From positions 70,571-122,074 of the forward strand of contig CAYMUB010000059.1 in NCBI GenBank assembly GCA_964393545.1: 51,504 nucleotides of DNA, read 5' to 3'. The stretch comes from an uncultured Gammaproteobacteria bacterium (GTDB lineage Bacteria > Patescibacteriota > Microgenomatia > Daviesbacterales > UBA10151). Below are positions 29,068 to 38,641 of the stretch, in pieces (position 1 is the stretch's first letter; each line of letters opens with the position of its first letter). Under the pieces are notes generated by a model that was not told where the DNA came from, made no database searches, and worked only from the letters and a program-made list of their open reading frames with translations. The position numbers and the translations under genes are program-made.

Positions 29068-30347
29068 AAAGACACATTCGGAAGTTAATTACGAACCCAT
29101 TATTCTCAGGAACTGCAATTATGGTTATTGGTTCAAATAGCATTAGCATGTTGAATTATGTCTACCACTTAATCCTAGGAAGGCTACTTGGGCCTACAAA
29201 TTATGGAGAATTAGTATCCCTCATATCTTTGATAGGACTCTTAGGAATAATTCCCTCCTCGCTTAATCTAGTGGTTGTAAAGTATGTTTCATCTGCCAAA
29301 GATGAAAATGAGGTTAATAATTTAACAGATTGGTTAAGATCACGGATTTTTAAACTATCTATCTTATTTTTCTTGGCTATTGTTCTTGTCTCACCCGTAA
29401 TTTCTTCATTTCTTCATATAGATAAAACAATATACCTAGTTCTTATTTCACTATCATTTCTATTCTCTTTACAAGCTTTATTTAATAGGGCAATTCTGCA
29501 AGGGTTATTAAGATTTAAAGAGATGATGTTTTCTATTTTTGTAGAAAATATAACTAAACTACTAGTGAGTATATTATTGGTATATATTGGGTTTAGTGTT
29601 GGGGGAGCAATGATGGCATTCTTGGTTGCCACTATTGTTGGATGGTATCAAACCAACACTTTCTTAAAATATAAAAAAAATTCTAATCCTGTTCCACCTA
29701 AAAATATAAAGACTCTTATTCTATTTACTATTCCAGTATTTATTCAATCCATTTCGATGACCTCTCTTTATTCAACAGATATAATCTTAGTAAAACATTT
29801 CTTTTCATCATTTGATGCTGGAATATATGCAGCTATTGCTACACTGGGAAAAATAATATTTTTTGCTACAGGACCAATCAGCTCAGTTATGTTTCCATTA
29901 GTTTCCAAAAGACAATCAAAAGGGCAAAATCACAGCAATATTTTCATAATGAGTTTTCTTATAACAGGCTTAATAGCTTTGGGGGTATCAATTGTTTATT
30001 GGTTTTTCCCTCAATTTGCCATTGGATTGTTGTATGGTAAGTTGTATCTAACAGGAACAAATTTATTATTTCTGTATGGAGTTTTTATAACACTATTTAC
30101 TCTATCTGTGCTCTTAATTAATTATGGTCTGTCTTTGGGTAGAACAAGAGTTGTATTTTTCTCTTTGGGAGCAGCTATAGCTCAACTTGTATTAATCCTG
30201 TTTTTCCACAATTCTTTACAAGAAATCATAATAATTTCCATATTAGTTACTGCTTTACTACTTGCTTGTCTCTTTATATACTCTACCTATGGGAGAACTA
30301 GCCGAAGCAGGAATAAAATTGATCTCAGTAATAGTTCCAGCATTTAA
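29064..30347 (+). CDS. wzx: Wzx-type (MOP superfamily) oligosaccharide flippase
   Basis: About 12 TM helices; NYVYHL.LGRLLGP..YG; LQG..F; D.ILVKHF; AG.YAA; LFP..SK. Start moved to ATG 29064. Confidence 0.8.
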   Translation: MKRHIRKLITNPLFSGTAIMVIGSNSISMLNYVYHLILGRLLGPTNYGELVSLISLIGLLGIIPSSLNLVVVKYVSSAKDENEVNNLTDWLRSRIFKLSILFFLAIVLVSPVISSFLHIDKTIYLVLISLSFLFSLQALFNRAILQGLLRFKEMMFSIFVENITKLLVSILLVYIGFSVGGAMMAFLVATIVGWYQTNTFLKYKKNSNPVPPKNIKTLILFTIPVFIQSISMTSLYSTDIILVKHFFSSFDAGIYAAIATLGKIIFFATGPISSVMFPLVSKRQSKGQNHSNIFIMSFLITGLIALGVSIVYWFFPQFAIGLLYGKLYLTGTNLLFLYGVFITLFTLSVLLINYGLSLGRTRVVFFSLGAAIAQLVLILFFHNSLQEIIIISILVTALLLACLFIYSTYGRTSRSRNKIDLSNSSSI

Positions 30348-31113
30348 ACAAGAAAGGACAATTATTCATGATTTAAAAACGATTAAAGATGTATTGGATA
30401 AACTACGTTATCCAACGGAGTTAATCTGTGTAGTAGATGGTAGGATTGATGAAACTTTTGATAGGGCAAAAAAATTTGCAGAAAAAAATTCTAATACCCA
30501 TGTAATTGGATATGATACAAACAAAGGTAAGGGTTATGCGGTGCGATTTGGAATGGCTGAGAGCAAGGGTGATATCATAGCTTTTATTGATTCAGGGATG
30601 GACATCGACCCTAATGGATTGTCCATGCTTTTGGAACATTTTGAATGGTATGATGCGGATATTATGGTTGGGTCAAAAAGGCACCCTGTTTCAAAAGTTC
30701 ATTATCCCTGGCAAAGAAGAATTCTATCAATAGGATATCAACTTATAGTCTGGATATTATTCGGACTTCGTATCAAGGACACTCAGGTAGGGTTGAAATT
30801 CTTTAAAAGAGGGGTATTAGAAAAAGTTCTACCACGATTGTTAGTTAAAAGGTATGCTTTTGATGTTGAAATGCTTGCAGTAGCTAACTATCTAGGGTTT
30901 AAAAGGATTTTTGAGGCACCAGTAGAGATTAAACTAAATTTCGGTGAGACTTCAAGTGTAACTAACCAAAAATTTATAAGAACTATTTTAGCAATGCTAA
31001 CTGATACTTTAGCTGTTTTTTATAGGTTACGTCTATTGCGCTATTACTCAGATCATAATAAACGCAAATGGAGATTTGATCCAGAATTAAACTTTAGGGT
31101 AAATGTAGGTTGA
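30289..31113 (+). CDS. DPM1/ALG5-like GT2 (putative polyprenol-phosphate sugar synthase)
   Basis: SVIVPAF; VVDG..D.T; NKGKGYAVRFG; FIDSGMDIDP; GSKRHP; DTQVGLK; FDVE.L. Probable start 30289, overlapping wzx by 59 nt. Confidence 0.78.
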   Translation: MGELAEAGIKLISVIVPAFKQERTIIHDLKTIKDVLDKLRYPTELICVVDGRIDETFDRAKKFAEKNSNTHVIGYDTNKGKGYAVRFGMAESKGDIIAFIDSGMDIDPNGLSMLLEHFEWYDADIMVGSKRHPVSKVHYPWQRRILSIGYQLIVWILFGLRIKDTQVGLKFFKRGVLEKVLPRLLVKRYAFDVEMLAVANYLGFKRIFEAPVEIKLNFGETSSVTNQKFIRTILAMLTDTLAVFYRLRLLRYYSDHNKRKWRFDPELNFRVNVG

Positions 31114-31130
31114 ATATATAAAGTAAGGCA

Positions 31131-31139
31131 TGTTATATT
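31131..31139 (+). promoter_or_regulatory. Extended -10 promoter
   Basis: TG-T-TATATT, 7 nt before ATG 31147, in a 33 bp gap with no SD. Confidence 0.55.
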
Positions 31140-31146
31140 TCATCCA

Positions 31147-33594
31147 ATGGGAAAAAAGAAAAAAGTTTTAGTGACAGGATCTGGTGGATTAATCGGTTCT
31201 GAAGCAGTTAGTTTTTTCTGTAGGAATGATTTTGAAGTTGTTGGTGTAGATAATAATATGAGGGCTTACTTTTTTGGAGAAGAAGGCAGTACAAGGGGAA
31301 GTATAGAGAAGCAGCAAAGTATTTTTAGCAATTATAAACACAATAATTGTGATATACGGGATACCCAGGCAATTGAAGGAATTTTCAAAAAAGATAAATT
31401 TGATTTAATAATTCATACAGCTGCACAACCTTCACATGACTGGGCTGTCAAAGAACCCTTGACTGATTTTAGTGTAAATGCCACTGGGACATTAATTTTA
31501 CTTGAGAATTTCAGAAAGTATTCCCCGGAGAGTGTATTCATTTTTACTTCAACAAATAAGGTATATGGAGATTCTCCAAATAATCTTCCATTAATTGAAA
31601 AAGAAACAAGATTTGAGATAGATTTATCGCACAAGTATAAAAATGGTATCAGTGAGGATATGTCGATTGACAATAGCACACACAGCTTATTTGGTGTTTC
31701 TAAGACTGCAGCAGATTTAATGGTTCAGGAGTACGGTAAATACTTTCATTTAAAGACTGGAATCTTTAGGGGGGGGTGTTTAACAGGATCAGGTCATGCT
31801 GGAGTACAACAACATGGATTTTTATCTTATTTGGTCAAATGTATTTTGACTGGAAGAAAATACACAGTATTTGGTTATAAAGGGAAACAAGTTAGAGATA
31901 ATATACATGCTTATGATTTAATAAACGCCTTTTATAATTTTTATTTAAATCCTAATGAGGGGGAAGTTTACAATATTGGAGGTTCAAGGTTTGCCAATGT
32001 TTCAATTATTGAGGCAATAAAAAAAATTGAGCAAATTTCCGGCAAGGTGGCTAAGGTTGAATATGTTGATGAAAATAGGATAGGAGATCATATTTGGTAT
32101 GTTTCTGATGTTTCAAAATTTAAGAAAGATTACCCTGACTGGAATTATAAATATGATATAGATTCAACCATTGAGGATATTTGTAGAAATAGCACTTTTG
32201 GGAGGAAAGTATTTAGTTTTGCCATTGCTAAAAACTTGGATTACTGGCGGGAGAAAAATTGGTATTTTCATAGCCAGTTAAAACAAATATTTAAAGATCG
32301 TGTAAAAGAAAATTCTAAAGTATTGCAGATTGGATATGGATTAGGGGATATTATGTCAGAGTTATATCCCAAAAATGGTGTTAGCTTTGATGATGATTCA
32401 GGCTTTATTGCATTATCTCGAAAGAGGTATCCCAACATTAAGTTTAGAAACTTTAATTTTACAAAGAATAAATTAAATGAACAATTTGATTATGTGATAT
32501 TCCCAAATTCTTTGGAGCATATATATGATATACAAACTGTTTTTGAAAATATTTATTCGGCACTACATAAAGAATCAAGAGTGGTAATTACAGCTTTAAA
32601 CCCGAGATGGGAACAAATCTTTGAGATATTAGAAAGATTAAAATTAAAAAGACCTGAAGAAGAAAGAAATTGGTTAAAGCTTGAAAATATCAAAAACTTG
32701 CTTGAGATTTCAGGTTATAAAATTCTGGAGAGCGGGTATAGGATAATACTTCCGACACATATTCCATTACTGAGCAAATTTTTAAACGGTATAGTAGAAA
32801 AGGTGGGTTTTCTCTCTTCTTTTTGCGTTGAGCAATATGTTGTGGCAATAAAAGATAAGTTCTCGGTTAATAATAATTTGAATTGCTCAGTTATTATACC
32901 TACCCTTAATCATACGGATGAGGTTAAAAGATTAATTCCACTTACACCAAAATTGGGTAAAAAAACTGAAATAATAATTGTTGATGGTAGTCCAAATAAG
33001 AATGTGGAGCAAATGATTCAGAAAAATTACAAAGATATGAAGAACTTAAAATATATTAAAGTCGATAGATTTATAACAATTGATAATTTGATTAAAGAAG
33101 GGATAGATGCAGTGCAGTCAGATATAGTAATTATCTATGATGATTTAATGAGTATACCCCCTTTCGAGCTAACACGCTTTTATAATTTACTTGCCGGCGG
33201 TAGAGCTGATTTTGTAAATGGTATCCGATATGTATACCCGATAGAAGGTCAGCCTCTAAGACAGCTTAATATAATTGGCAATATTATTTTCAGTTCTGTT
33301 TACTCTCTACTTTTGGGACAAAAAGTTAAAGATCCACTTTCTCTCATCAAGGGTTTTCACCTTAGAGACTACAAAAACATAAAGATTTCAAATAAGGACG
33401 TTTTTCTGGATTTACTTATTAAAGTGGGAGGAAAGGGGAAAATAAAGGAAATACCTGTGCATTATAATTCTAAATCCTACTTTGTTTATAAAAAAAAGAC
33501 CGCCTCTCGAATTTTAAGTCTAATGAATGGTATGCTAAATGGTATTTGGTATCTTAAGATATTTTTACCAATTAAGAAAATTTTAAATAAATGA
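31147..33594 (+). CDS. Triple fusion: CDP-paratose/tyvelose-2-epimerase-like SDR + class I SAM methyltransferase-like + GT2-like domain
   Basis: Approx. residues 1-350: GSGGLIG, AAQPSHD, STNKVYG, RGGCLTG, VRDNIH, R.GDH..Y. Approx. 360-570: [22 protein letters not shown]. Approx. 575-815: SVIIP..EIIIVDG..F.NG.RY.YP.EGQ. One uninterrupted 815 aa ORF. Confidence 0.75.
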   Translation: MGKKKKVLVTGSGGLIGSEAVSFFCRNDFEVVGVDNNMRAYFFGEEGSTRGSIEKQQSIFSNYKHNNCDIRDTQAIEGIFKKDKFDLIIHTAAQPSHDWAVKEPLTDFSVNATGTLILLENFRKYSPESVFIFTSTNKVYGDSPNNLPLIEKETRFEIDLSHKYKNGISEDMSIDNSTHSLFGVSKTAADLMVQEYGKYFHLKTGIFRGGCLTGSGHAGVQQHGFLSYLVKCILTGRKYTVFGYKGKQVRDNIHAYDLINAFYNFYLNPNEGEVYNIGGSRFANVSIIEAIKKIEQISGKVAKVEYVDENRIGDHIWYVSDVSKFKKDYPDWNYKYDIDSTIEDICRNSTFGRKVFSFAIAKNLDYWREKNWYFHSQLKQIFKDRVKENSKVLQIGYGLGDIMSELYPKNGVSFDDDSGFIALSRKRYPNIKFRNFNFTKNKLNEQFDYVIFPNSLEHIYDIQTVFENIYSALHKESRVVITALNPRWEQIFEILERLKLKRPEEERNWLKLENIKNLLEISGYKILESGYRIILPTHIPLLSKFLNGIVEKVGFLSSFCVEQYVVAIKDKFSVNNNLNCSVIIPTLNHTDEVKRLIPLTPKLGKKTEIIIVDGSPNKNVEQMIQKNYKDMKNLKYIKVDRFITIDNLIKEGIDAVQSDIVIIYDDLMSIPPFELTRFYNLLAGGRADFVNGIRYVYPIEGQPLRQLNIIGNIIFSSVYSLLLGQKVKDPLSLIKGFHLRDYKNIKISNKDVFLDLLIKVGGKGKIKEIPVHYNSKSYFVYKKKTASRILSLMNGMLNGIWYLKIFLPIKKILNK

Positions 33595-34376
33595 AGAGTA
33601 AAGATTGGCAAGTACCAAAATTTAAAACTTTAGAGCTAAGACAAAAAAAATCCAAATATTGTGTTTGTATTCCAGTTTTAAATGAGGGAGAAAAAATTAA
33701 AAAAGAGTTGCAAAGATTGCTTCCTTATTCGAAGATGGCGGATATTATTATTGCAGATTGGGGAAGTACTGACGGCTCTAATGATCCAAAATTTTTAAAA
33801 AAGATGAATGTCAGATCGTTACTTACTTTAAAAGATAAAGGCAGACAAGGGACACAACTCAGAATGGCGTTTGCCTATGCCTTAAAACAAGGTTACGAAG
33901 GAATTATTCAAATAGATGGGAATAATAAAGATGGTGTAGAAGTGCTACCTGAATTTATCAGGGCTTTGGACGGTGGTTTTGACTATACGCAAGGCTCAAG
34001 ATTTATAAAAGGGGGAAAAGCAGTTAATACACCATTTATCAGATGGTTAGCAGTTAGATTTATAGGATCACCATTACTTAGTTTTGGAGCAAGATATTGG
34101 TATACAGATATAACAAATGGCTTTAGAGGGTATAGTAAAGAGTATTTAACTCATCCTGAGGTTCAACCTTTTAGAAATATTTTTGTAGGATATGAGTTAA
34201 ACATGTATCTTACAGTAAGAGCAAATCAGCTAGGTCTGAAAACTCAGGAAGTGCCTGTAGCCAGAATATATCCCCTAGGAAAAGTTCCGACAAAGATAAG
34301 CTTTTTCAAAGGTAATTTAACTTTTTTAATTGTAATAATAAAAACAGCCTTTGGTTTTTATACCCCTAAGCCTTAA
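33591..34376 (+). CDS. DPM1-like GT2 (putative polyprenol-phosphate sugar synthase)
   Basis: VCIPVLNEG; ADWGSTDGS; QIDGNNKD; QGSRF..GG; [10 protein letters not shown]; E.PV.R.YP. Confidence 0.78.
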   Translation: MKSKDWQVPKFKTLELRQKKSKYCVCIPVLNEGEKIKKELQRLLPYSKMADIIIADWGSTDGSNDPKFLKKMNVRSLLTLKDKGRQGTQLRMAFAYALKQGYEGIIQIDGNNKDGVEVLPEFIRALDGGFDYTQGSRFIKGGKAVNTPFIRWLAVRFIGSPLLSFGARYWYTDITNGFRGYSKEYLTHPEVQPFRNIFVGYELNMYLTVRANQLGLKTQEVPVARIYPLGKVPTKISFFKGNLTFLIVIIKTAFGFYTPKP

Positions 34377-35493
34377 GTAATCCCTTGGATTTTAATTCAT
34401 TTGTGGCTTCATCAAAAGTATCATTTGCCTCTTCTTTTTCACCCCAATTAATTAGATCTTGCATTCCTTTTTCAAAACTCCAGGAGGGCTGCCAGCCTAA
34501 AGTATTTTTAATTAAAGAAATATCTGCACTGCAATGCCTAACATCTCCGGATCTAAATTTTTCAGCGATTTCAGGTTTTATATTTTTGTCTAAGAGCTTT
34601 GACAAAATTTCTGCGATTTCTTTTATGGCGACAGGGTTATTAGTTCCTAAATTGAATATCTTCCCAAACGATCTTTCGTCTTCTAGGCATGTAACATTGG
34701 CATCCGCAATATCATAAACAGAAATAAAATCTCTGGTTTGCAGCCCGTCTTCATAAATAACCGGAGCATTATTGTTTTTAAGTCTTGATAAAAATATGGC
34801 AGCAACACCGGTATAAGGATTGGACAGAGATTGTCTGGGACCATATACATTGAAATACCTTAGAGCTGTTGTAGGAATCCCATAGGCTCTTCCAAAAATT
34901 ATAAACATATCTTCCTGGGATTGTTTAGTTACTGCATAAATAGAATTACAATTAAAACTTTCAGTTTCCGGGGTTCCGATTGGTATTAAAATATTTTTAC
35001 AATTCGGACAAAATAACTCCCATTTTTTTTGCCTCATTTGCTCATCGGTTCTCAAGAAGGGTCTAACAGGTCCACATTTTTTACAATTATATAAACCTTC
35101 CCCGTACGCACTCATGGAAGAGGCAACAAGTAATCTTTTAATTGAATGTTTATTGTTTGCAAGATAATCCAGTAATATTGCGCTACCCAGAGAATTTTGA
35201 TAAACATAATTTTCAATGTCATACATACTTTGTCCAACTCCCACCACTGATGCTTCATGAAAGATTGCATCAATCCCTTTTAGAGCCTTTTTTACATCAG
35301 TCTTTTTCGTCACATCCCCTTTTATAAATTTTGCTTTTTTGTTCAAATATGACGGAACTTTTTTTCCGTGGACTTGTTCAGTTAAATTATCAAAAATAGT
35401 AACGTTATACCCTTCTTGAACTAATTTATCTACTAAATGAGAACCGATAAAACCCGCCCCGCCCGTGACAAGAATATTTTTAAATTTTTTCAT
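34366..35493 (-). CDS. Extended-SDR NDP-sugar epimerase/dehydratase with a CxxC..CxxC insertion (WbiB-like)
   Basis: GGAGFIG; ASS..YGEG; CKKC..CPNC; YAVTK; LRYFNVYGP; RDF..V.D; GDVRH. Likely start ATG 35493 rather than 35517. Confidence 0.8.
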   Translation of the reverse strand: MKKFKNILVTGGAGFIGSHLVDKLVQEGYNVTIFDNLTEQVHGKKVPSYLNKKAKFIKGDVTKKTDVKKALKGIDAIFHEASVVGVGQSMYDIENYVYQNSLGSAILLDYLANNKHSIKRLLVASSMSAYGEGLYNCKKCGPVRPFLRTDEQMRQKKWELFCPNCKNILIPIGTPETESFNCNSIYAVTKQSQEDMFIIFGRAYGIPTTALRYFNVYGPRQSLSNPYTGVAAIFLSRLKNNNAPVIYEDGLQTRDFISVYDIADANVTCLEDERSFGKIFNLGTNNPVAIKEIAEILSKLLDKNIKPEIAEKFRSGDVRHCSADISLIKNTLGWQPSWSFEKGMQDLINWGEKEEANDTFDEATNELKSKGLLKA

Positions 35494-35507
35494 AAGTATA
35501 CTTAGGT

Positions 35508-35517
35508 ATGATATCAT
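35508..35517. promoter_or_regulatory. Palindromic bidirectional extended -10 element
   Basis: ATGATATCAT is self-complementary and reads TG-A-TATCAT on both strands: 8 nt before ATG 35526 (+) and 14 nt before ATG 35493 (-). Confidence 0.55.
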
Positions 35518-35525
35518 TCTAAGAT

Positions 35526-36377
35526 ATGAAAAAGAAGATCCCTGTTCGGGATAAAGATCTTATTTCAGTAATTATTACTACTAAAAACGAGGAAGATGTA
35601 ATTGGAGACTTGCTGGAAAGTTTAAAAAAACAATCCTTTAAAAAAATAGAAGTTATTTTGGTTGATAATAATTCTACAGATTTAACAGTTAAAATTGCGA
35701 AGAATTATAAAATTGATATCTATAATTACGGTCCTGAACGATCTTCACAAAGAAATTATGGAGCCAAAAAAAGCAAAGGAAAGTACCTATTATTTTTAGA
35801 TGCTGATATGAAATTAGCACCAAGAGTTATAGAAGAATGTGTTAAAGAAATTAAAAGAAAAAAAAGTACAGGAGGTGTTGCGATTCCAGAGGAGTCTGTT
35901 GCAGAAAATTTTTGGGGTAAGGTTAAAGCATTTGAAAGATCTTTTTATAATGAAAAAGGAGACCCTGTTACAGATGCTGCAAGATTTTTTCCAAAAGAAG
36001 TATTTAATAAAGCAGGGGGATATGATGAGACTATTACAGGTCCAGAAGACTGGGATTTACCTGATAACATTAGAGATTTAGGATATCATATAGACAGAAT
36101 AGAATCCGTTATTTATCATAGAGAACGGATTATTTCAGTCTTTGATCTGGCACGGAAAAAATACTATTACGGATTAAAGACTTATCGTTATTTAAGAAAG
36201 CATAATATTTCCCCTATTTCCCCTAAAACTGTATTTTTTTTGCGTCCTATTTTTTACAAAAATTGGAGAAAAATTATATTACACCCTATTTTATCTTTAT
36301 CACTTCTATTTATGCTAACTTTAGAATTAATGGCTGGGGGAGCAGGGTATTTTATTGGTAGATTAAGCAACAAATGA
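35526..36377 (+). CDS. GT2 glycosyltransferase
   Basis: ISVIITTKNEE; VDNNSTD.T; ERS.QRNYG; FLDADM; GGYDE..GPEDWDL. Confidence 0.82.
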   Translation: MKKKIPVRDKDLISVIITTKNEEDVIGDLLESLKKQSFKKIEVILVDNNSTDLTVKIAKNYKIDIYNYGPERSSQRNYGAKKSKGKYLLFLDADMKLAPRVIEECVKEIKRKKSTGGVAIPEESVAENFWGKVKAFERSFYNEKGDPVTDAARFFPKEVFNKAGGYDETITGPEDWDLPDNIRDLGYHIDRIESVIYHRERIISVFDLARKKYYYGLKTYRYLRKHNISPISPKTVFFLRPIFYKNWRKIILHPILSLSLLFMLTLELMAGGAGYFIGRLSNK

Positions 36378-38641
36378 GCAAGCATATTTTAATTTTGACA
36401 ACTCCTTTTCGTCCTAATGTAGGTGGTGTTGAAACGCATCTTGATGATTTGATTACAGCTGGGACAAAACGAGGTATTGATTTTTCTGTTTTGACATACC
36501 AGCCGCTTATTACAAAGGCTCATGGACAAGTCAAGGAAAAAGGCGATGGATTTGTAATATATCGTCTTCCTTGGATCAGAATGAATCTTTTTTTAATTTT
36601 TACAAAATTTCCATTTTTTGAATTTCTTTATCTTTTTCCAGGACTATTCTTTTTAGGATTATTTTTCCTTCTTTTTAATAGATCCAAGGTTGATACTATT
36701 CATGCTCAAGGACTTGTCGCAGGTGCAGTTGGGGTTTTCTTGGGAAAAATTTTTCAAAAACCTGTCATCATATCCACTCATTCAATCTATAACTTTCCCA
36801 AAAAAGGATCATATCCCCTTTTTGTAAAATTTTTATTTAAAAATTGTGAACATATTCTTACCCTTTCAAATCAATCTAGACAGGAAATTTTAGACTTAGG
36901 TATTCCTCAAGATAAAGTTTCTGTTTTTACTTATTGGATTGATCAAAATATTTTTAAACCAATGGTAAAACAAAAAGCTCGTGAGATACTTGGTTTAAAT
37001 AATGACCATATTTGCCTTTTTGTAGGTAGGTTAGTACTAGGTAAAGGAGTGGAGGAATTATTAGAAGCATCAAAAAAGACCCCAAATGTTACGTTTTTAA
37101 TTGTGGGAGATGGACCGTTTAAAGATGAGATTTTTAAACTAAAGGGTCAATCAAATGTTAAATTTGCTGGCAAAATTGATAATAAAAAACTTGCCGTTTA
37201 TTACAGTGCAGCTGATGTGCTACTTGTTCCATCAACTCACGAGGAAGGGTTTGGTCGGGTTATCTTGGAGGCTTTATCTTGTGGTCTACCGGTTATTGCA
37301 GCAAATAGGGGAGGTATTCGCGAAGCTTTATCTACAAAAGTAGGTATCTTTATAGAAGTCACACCTCTCAATATTAGCAGAGTCTTAAAAAATATATTTA
37401 GATATCCGGAAAAGTTAGCAAAACTTGCTTCTTCTGCCAGAGATTACTCTAAAATTCACTTTGGCGAAAGAAATGCAATGAAAATACTAAAATATTACGA
37501 GCGTGAAGATAAAGGGGTTCTTATTATTACTTCCCACTATCCCCCTAATATAGGTGGAGTGGAAAGCCACCTGCAAGCCTTAGTGGCAGGTTTAGCTAAA
37601 CTTAAATGGAATGTTTTTATTTCGACTTATCAGCCTCTTGCATCATCAAAAACAGCACCTTTGTTTGAGAAGAGAGAAAACTTTAGATGTTTTAGATTAC
37701 CTTGGTTTGGTTTTAATATTGTTCATAAACTGACTAATTATCCGGCACTGGAATTTATTTATTTATTTCCAGGTCTATTTCTCATTTCGTTTTTTGTCTT
37801 AGTCAGATACAGGAGTCAGATAGATGTGATTCATAGCCAGGGATTAGTGCCAACTGCAGTTGGCATACTGCTTAGTAAAATATTTGGAAAGAAAATAGTA
37901 AGTAGTACTCATAATTTATACTTTTTTCCAAAGAGGGGTCTATATCCACTTGTTTCAAGATTTATATTCTCGCAGTCAAATAAAATTCTCACGCCAACAA
38001 ATTTTGCAAAGCGGGAACTCGTAAAATTAGGAGTGCATGATAACAAAATCTCCATTTTCCATTATTGGATTGATTTAGCACACTTTTCTCCAATCAATAA
38101 ATTGAAAGCAAGGCAAGATCTTAAATGGGATAAATTTACAGTCCTTTTTGTTGGGAGACTAATCGAGACAAAAGGAATTATGTTACTTCTTAAGGCATTT
38201 TTGGAAATTGATTTATCGATACAGCTAGTAATTATTGGGGATGGTCCGCTAAGAGATTATGTAATAAATGCTTCAAATAAAAGTAAGAATATAAAATATC
38301 TGGGAAGAGTTGAAAATGATAAATTAGTTCCTTTCTACAGCGCCGCCGACTTGGTTTTAGTTCCCTCAATAGTAGATGAGGGTTTTGGTTTTGTTATCAT
38401 GGAGGCAATTGCTTGCTCTACACCGGTTATTGCCTCTAAAAAAGGTGGATTATCTGATGCACTTAATCCTTCCATCGGTAAATTAATAGAACCAACAGTT
38501 TCTAATCTAAAAAAATGGATAGAATATTTTTTCCATTCCAGACAAAAGCTAAATGATTTAACATTGAATACCAGAAAATACGCTACAGAACATTTCGGTG
38601 AAAACAATATAAAGGAAATTATTAATACTTATGAAAATTAA
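36374..38641 (+). CDS. Tandem GT4-GT4 fusion (internally duplicated)
   Basis: Both halves carry P.N.GGVE.HL, TYQPL, RLPW, EF.YLFPGL, IH.QGLV, FVGRL..KG, and EX7E motifs (EEGFGRVILE; DEGFGFVIME). Confidence 0.85.
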   Translation: MSKHILILTTPFRPNVGGVETHLDDLITAGTKRGIDFSVLTYQPLITKAHGQVKEKGDGFVIYRLPWIRMNLFLIFTKFPFFEFLYLFPGLFFLGLFFLLFNRSKVDTIHAQGLVAGAVGVFLGKIFQKPVIISTHSIYNFPKKGSYPLFVKFLFKNCEHILTLSNQSRQEILDLGIPQDKVSVFTYWIDQNIFKPMVKQKAREILGLNNDHICLFVGRLVLGKGVEELLEASKKTPNVTFLIVGDGPFKDEIFKLKGQSNVKFAGKIDNKKLAVYYSAADVLLVPSTHEEGFGRVILEALSCGLPVIAANRGGIREALSTKVGIFIEVTPLNISRVLKNIFRYPEKLAKLASSARDYSKIHFGERNAMKILKYYEREDKGVLIITSHYPPNIGGVESHLQALVAGLAKLKWNVFISTYQPLASSKTAPLFEKRENFRCFRLPWFGFNIVHKLTNYPALEFIYLFPGLFLISFFVLVRYRSQIDVIHSQGLVPTAVGILLSKIFGKKIVSSTHNLYFFPKRGLYPLVSRFIFSQSNKILTPTNFAKRELVKLGVHDNKISIFHYWIDLAHFSPINKLKARQDLKWDKFTVLFVGRLIETKGIMLLLKAFLEIDLSIQLVIIGDGPLRDYVINASNKSKNIKYLGRVENDKLVPFYSAADLVLVPSIVDEGFGFVIMEAIACSTPVIASKKGGLSDALNPSIGKLIEPTVSNLKKWIEYFFHSRQKLNDLTLNTRKYATEHFGENNIKEIINTYEN

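Noticed and set aside
14432-33650. A8-A9 and T8 runs in coding regions (e.g. 14432-14440) as phase-variation tracts
   Set aside because: They are in frame and expected from Lys/Phe codons at this AT content.
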